From an uncultured Eubacteriales bacterium (GTDB lineage Bacteria > Bacillota > Clostridia > RGIG6154): a stretch of DNA of 42,609 bases. Shown here piece after piece: positions 40,051 through 42,609 of this stretch. The position numbers were made by a program, and so were the translations under genes. Under the pieces are notes generated by a model. The model was not told the origin of the DNA. It searched no databases and worked only from the letters and a program-made list of their open reading frames with translations. The first letter of the stretch is position 1; every line of letters starts with the position of its first letter. The DNA is taken from NCBI GenBank assembly GCA_964568815.1, contig CAZMRY010000002.1:1-42609 (forward strand). The letters run 5' to 3'.

Positions 40051-40755
40051 GTGTTTATTTTGTTTGAATTCATAAGTATTTTTACACAACAGATATTCTT
40101 TTTAATTTCGTACGTTTCCTCAGGGAATTCTTTTCCTAAACCATTAACAACCGAAGAAGAACTATATTATCTTAAAAAATGTAAAAATGGTGATATAGAT
40201 GCAAGAAATATACTTGTAGAGAAGAATATGAGGTTGGTTGCTCACATAGCCAAAAAATATGGAACAAGTTCACTTGAGTATGAAGATATGCTTTCTATAG
40301 GTGCAATAGGTCTTATAAAAGCTATAAATACTTTTGATTTTGAAAAAGGAAACAAACTTGGCACATATGCTTCAAGATGCATCGACAACGAAATATTGAT
40401 GGTAATAAGAAATATTAAAAAGTCTGCTAATGATGTTTCCCTTGATGAACCAATAGGAAAGGATAAAGAGGGGAATGAAATAACATTTATTGATATAATA
40501 ACCTCCGATGATGAAGATGTAGTTGAAAATGTCACAAAAAAAGGTTATATTAAAAAATTATATGATATTATTGATGATGTATTAAGTGAGCGTGAAAAAA
40601 TGATAATAGTATATCGATTTGGTTTATATGATACAGATACAATGACTCAGCAAGAGTTGGCTGATGAGCTCAATATATCAAGGTCATATATTTCCAGGAT
40701 AGAAAAGAAGGCACTTAACAAATTAAGAAAAGCCCTTAAAATATCGTACCTATAA
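40051..40755 (+). CDS. sigK: RNA polymerase sporulation sigma factor SigK, as uninterrupted pro-sigma-K
   Basis: FFLIS/YVSSGNSFPKPLT matches the B. subtilis pro-sigma-K processing region (FLVS/YVKNNAFPQPLS). ARNILVEKNMRLVAHIAKKY, DEPIGKDKEGNEI and ISRSYISRIEKKAL are also present. GTG 40051 gives a 20-aa pro-peptide; TTG 40060 is an alternative. Confidence 0.92.
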   Translation: MFILFEFISIFTQQIFFLISYVSSGNSFPKPLTTEEELYYLKKCKNGDIDARNILVEKNMRLVAHIAKKYGTSSLEYEDMLSIGAIGLIKAINTFDFEKGNKLGTYASRCIDNEILMVIRNIKKSANDVSLDEPIGKDKEGNEITFIDIITSDDEDVVENVTKKGYIKKLYDIIDDVLSEREKMIIVYRFGLYDTDTMTQQELADELNISRSYISRIEKKALNKLRKALKISYL

Positions 40756-40759
40756 CCCG

Positions 40760-40804
40760 ATTTTCTGTGAAACGAACTTTTGGTTGAGATTTCGCAGAGA
40801 AATT
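40760..40804 (+). repeat. left arm of the 45-nt imperfect inverted repeat (partner 42498-42543)
   Basis: ATTTTCTGTGAAACGAACTTTTGGTTGAGATTTCGCAGAGAAATT compared with the reverse complement of the right arm, ATTTTCTATGGAATAATTTTTTCATTGAGATTTCGCAGGAAAAATT. 35/45 identical, with a perfect 14-mer TTGAGATTTCGCAG (40784-40797). Confidence 0.7.
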
Positions 40805-40868
40805 GAATTGTATTGAGCTAATATGTCCATTTTTTATGTATAGTTTATGGTGTAGCAAAGTTCCGCAT

Positions 40869-40992
40869 ATTATAAACAATATTAGAGGTTTTATAAAATC
40901 TGCCAAAAGTTTTATAAAATCTCTTTTTGCTTTTATAAAGAGATGCAGAAGGTTTATAAAAACTGTGGAGAATGTTAATTTTACTTATAAAA
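40869..40992. repeat. phased array of the palindromic motif TTTATAAA (iteron-like)
   Basis: TATAAA cores start at 40871, 40892, 40913, 40934 and 40955 (exactly 21 bp apart) and at 40986 (+31). Copies 2 and 3 share GTTTTATAAAATCT. Confidence 0.75.
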
Positions 40993-41112
40993 GGCTTCTC
41001 CTTGAGGAGAGGCTCCGCCGTAGGCGGTGGTGAGGTGTAGCCGCTTGCGGCGTTTGTTTTTCCACCTCATCTGAGTTGCTACGCAACCCACCTTCCCCTC
41101 AAGGGGAAGGCT
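40993..41112. repeat. GC-rich palindromic MITE/REP-like element with six hairpins and inverted terminal CCTTGAGG hairpins
   Basis: Hairpins: CTTCTCC-TTGA-GGAGAGG (40995-41012); CCGCC-GTA-GGCGG (41015-27); GGTGAGGTG/CACCTCATC (41029-37/41063-71) enclosing GCCG-CTTG-CGGC (41040-51); GTTGC-TAC-GCAAC (41075-87); CCTTCCCC-TCAA-GGGGAAGG (41091-41110). Confidence 0.7.
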
Positions 41113-41308
41113 TTGGATAATCTACCTCAAAAGTGTCATTTATAAGTATCGGAAAAATACCGAAGATTTTTCAACCGCACTTCTTTTATGATTTTACCTC
41201 ATAAAAAGTAAGTTTTTTAAAAATTAATAAGGCAAAAAGAAAAAGTGTTGGTTTTTTAAAAACACTTTTACAAATTAGTACAAAATTGTATATATTTATA
41301 AAAATCTA

Positions 41309-41337
41309 TTGACAAGAACAAATTTGTGTGTTATACT
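41309..41337 (+). promoter_or_regulatory. strong sigma-A promoter TTGACA-17-TATACT with extended -10 (TGT)
   Basis: TTGACA 41309-41314, 17-nt spacer, TGTTATACT 41329-41337. GAGGTGA RBS 41345-41351 precedes ATG 41357. Confidence 0.7.
41318..41327. promoter_or_regulatory. perfect 10-bp palindrome ACAAATTTGT inside the promoter spacer (candidate operator)
   Basis: Self-complementary 10-mer located between the -35 and -10 elements. Confidence 0.5.
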
Positions 41338-41356
41338 CTGTTTAGAGGTGAAAACA

Positions 41357-42058
41357 ATGGAAGTAAAAATTTCAATGGAAGAAAACCTGTACAAAAGCTT
41401 ACAAATGGCATTACAAATCAACAATGAGACGCTTGAAAAAGTGGCTGATAGTATATTTAGAAACTACATATCAAAAACATTTTCAAAAGCCGCAACTGCT
41501 ATTGAGTCTGGAAACACAAAAAGTCAGTTACAAAATGAAGACCCTAACTACGGGAAGGCAATTTATAGAATTCCTAAATGGGCAAAAAAGCATAGTCAAA
41601 TCAATCATAAAATCATTCGGGCTTTTCTAAAACTTGCTCAAAATGGTGTAGTTGCATATGAAGATTTATTGAGAGAATGTACCAATCCCGATTCGGATGT
41701 TTTTGTACCAACATTTTCTTCAAATTTTGCACAAATGAAGTTTGACGGCGATAAATCTCACGGCAAGGTTTTTGTTGTTGATAATAGCAACATTGTAACT
41801 ATATGGGAATATGTAGAAGATACTGTATTTAAGTATAAGGAGGATTTTTTGAGTATGAGACCGACAGATATTGGCTATATTAACCGAAACAACCAACAAA
41901 ACATATCTAAAACAGATTGTGATGGAAACGACTACATGCAAAAATTATATATTATGCGTTGTATGGATTGTGGCGAAGAATATCCCTCTAACGGCAGCAA
42001 TATTTATGAAAAAAAGTGCCCTAAATGTCAAGGTGGTGCTGATATGGATACGAATTAA
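41357..42058 (+). CDS. hypothetical DNA-binding-type protein: N-terminal RHH-like segment, central helical (possibly winged-helix) region, C-terminal CxxC-N16-CxxC zinc ribbon
   Basis: 233 aa. MEVKISMEENLYKSLQMALQ... fits a strand-helix-helix pattern. CMDCGEEY...KCPKCQGG forms a zinc ribbon. Good RBS and promoter. No family recognised. Confidence 0.6.
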   Translation: MEVKISMEENLYKSLQMALQINNETLEKVADSIFRNYISKTFSKAATAIESGNTKSQLQNEDPNYGKAIYRIPKWAKKHSQINHKIIRAFLKLAQNGVVAYEDLLRECTNPDSDVFVPTFSSNFAQMKFDGDKSHGKVFVVDNSNIVTIWEYVEDTVFKYKEDFLSMRPTDIGYINRNNQQNISKTDCDGNDYMQKLYIMRCMDCGEEYPSNGSNIYEKKCPKCQGGADMDTN

Positions 42059-42059
42059 A

Positions 42060-42458
42060 ATGGTTGGTATAATTTGGATATTTATAGTTTACATTGCAGG
42101 CAAAATTCTTAAACTAATGTTTTATGGTGCTATAACGGCAATAACATTATATATTCTATACCATTTATATCACTTTTTGAAATGTAAATATGTTTTTTCT
42201 AATTTGGAAAAAGTTAAAAGAGTAGAGATATCTAAACCCATTCAGTTATATAAGGTTGTAAATGAAATGACTGGTTTTTCTATCGGCTACCATTATACAG
42301 AACATTATAAAACAAGAAAAATACCAGATTGTAAGCTTTATAAAATTAAAGTAATTTTCAAAAATGATAATACAATGAATATTCAATTCAAAGACAATTC
42401 GCAATTTTACACAGAAATGATAAAAGCTGAAGGATTGTACAATAATCTTCGGGGCTGA
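42060..42458 (+). CDS. hypothetical small membrane protein (2 predicted TM helices plus a ~90-aa soluble beta-rich C-domain)
   Basis: 132 aa. ATG lies 1 nt after the upstream TAA, suggesting translational coupling. IIWIFIVYIAGKILKLMFYGAITAITLYILYHLYHFL is hydrophobic. No family recognised. Confidence 0.55.
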   Translation: MVGIIWIFIVYIAGKILKLMFYGAITAITLYILYHLYHFLKCKYVFSNLEKVKRVEISKPIQLYKVVNEMTGFSIGYHYTEHYKTRKIPDCKLYKIKVIFKNDNTMNIQFKDNSQFYTEMIKAEGLYNNLRG

Positions 42459-42476
42459 AATAGCCCCGATTTTTTG
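42450..42476 (+). terminator. intrinsic terminator of the two-gene operon
   Basis: CGGGGCT-GAAAT-AGCCCCG followed by ATTTTTTG. The stop codon lies inside the hairpin. Confidence 0.8.
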
Positions 42477-42497
42477 TGTTTACACTTTTGTTGTTTT

Positions 42498-42543
42498 AAT
42501 TTTTCCTGCGAAATCTCAATGAAAAAATTATTCCATAGAAAAT
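42498..42543 (-). repeat. right arm of the imperfect inverted repeat (partner 40760-40804)
   Basis: Contains CTGCGAAATCTCAA (42506-42519), the exact reverse complement of 40784-40797. Overall 35/45 identity to the left arm. Confidence 0.7.
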
Positions 42544-42569
42544 TAAGTTATAAGATATCGTAAAATGTA

Positions 42570-42598
42570 TTGACTTAGAATTTCCATCGTGGTAAAAT
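42570..42598 (+). promoter_or_regulatory. outward-facing sigma-A promoter TTGACT-17-TAAAAT (extended -10 TGG) at the window edge
   Basis: TTGACT 42570-42575, 17-nt spacer, TGGTAAAAT 42590-42598. Its target gene lies beyond the window. Confidence 0.55.
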
Positions 42599-42609
42599 AA
42601 TTAAAATTA

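Larger units (their letters stand above)
40756..42543. mobile_element. putative IR/DR-bounded accessory cassette (non-autonomous; no recombinase in window)
   Basis: Bounded by an imperfect 45-nt inverted repeat and a 13/14 direct repeat. Holds repeats, its own promoter, two ORFans and its own terminator. It starts directly after the sigK stop. Confidence 0.4.

Noticed and set aside
40764-40799. Hairpin TCTGTGAAA...TTTCGCAGA (9-bp stem, 18-nt loop) after sigK as the sigK intrinsic terminator
   Set aside because: The loop is large and no U-tract follows. The sequence is better explained as part of the left inverted-repeat arm. The sigK terminator remains unidentified.
40964-40972. DnaA-box-like 9-mer (reverse complement TTCTCCACA, one mismatch to TTATCCACA)
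   Set aside because: It is a single imperfect box, which is expected by chance. It is insufficient to call a replication origin and is mentioned only as context.
40869-40992. Possible CRISPR array, because of the regular repeat spacing
   Set aside because: The repeat core is only about 8-13 nt and the spacers 8-13 nt, far too short. There is no leader or cas genes, and the unit length of 21 bp does not fit CRISPR.
40803-41033. 76-aa ORF (TTG start) encoding a cationic amphipathic peptide with FIK heptads (GFIKSAK SFIKSLF AFIKRCR RFIKTVE)
   Set aside because: There is no convincing RBS for the TTG or the internal ATG. The heptad periodicity comes entirely from the palindromic DNA motif TTTATAAA with unconserved spacers. 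The ORF tail (LLLEERLRRRRW) is just a read-through of the GC-rich palindromic element. I keep it only as an alternative explanation in the iteron finding.
41316-41329. GAACAAATTTGTG in the cassette promoter as a possible LexA box (SOS-controlled cassette)
   Set aside because: Only the left half-site matches (GAACA). The right half is TTGT/TGTG instead of GTTC at N4 spacing. The true symmetry is the 10-mer ACAAATTTGT, so this is treated as a distinct operator.
41309-41356. Track start (TTG 41309) of the 249-aa ORF
   Set aside because: That TTG is the first three bases of the -35 hexamer TTGACA. ATG 41357 has a GAGGTGA RBS at correct spacing.
41871-42059. N-terminal 63 codons of track ORF 41871..42458, overlapping the 3' end of the upstream gene in another frame
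   Set aside because: This stretch overlaps a better-supported ORF. The hydrophobic protein starts naturally at ATG 42060, 1 nt after the upstream stop, so I annotated 42060-42458.

Overview
Low-GC Firmicutes (Clostridia-type, spore-former) chromosomal segment. About 50 tightly packed genes lie almost all on the + strand; only an acyl-ACP thioesterase, lexA and rqcH are on the - strand. Most of the window is conserved housekeeping. In order: envelope genes (polysaccharide deacetylase, TagA-like glycosyltransferase); thyX-tmk; mltG-trmR-trhP-like; a class B PBP; proBA; rmuC; NUDIX; zapA; dut. Then mreC-mreD-PBP2-minD-(small membrane ORF)-spoIVFB-like; a TIGR03960/TIGR03936 radical SAM pair; lysine-riboswitch-controlled dapA-lysA; PaaK-like ligase with an ACT protein. 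Then lexA; hydrolase / HD protein / 2-hydroxyacid dehydrogenase / icd; rqcH; a seven-gene string ending in metY-metA-amidohydrolase; and an intact pro-sigma-K gene. The only clearly accessory part is 40756-42543, starting right after the sigK stop codon. This ~1.8 kb cassette is bounded by a 45-nt imperfect inverted repeat (14-nt perfect core) and a 13/14 direct repeat. It contains a TTTATAAA array phased at exactly 21 bp, a GC-rich palindromic MITE/REP-like element, an AT-rich tract, and a strong promoter with a perfect palindrome in its spacer. It also carries a two-gene ORFan operon (a predicted RHH / helical / zinc-ribbon DNA-binding protein plus a small 2-TM membrane protein) with its own terminator. 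I flag this cassette as the best candidate for an undescribed system: a regulator/antitoxin-like protein with a membrane effector, possibly on a non-autonomous mobile or replicon-derived element. No recombinase, CRISPR array, rRNA or tRNA was seen. All calls rest on motif recognition by eye and on the ORF track; no database searches were run.
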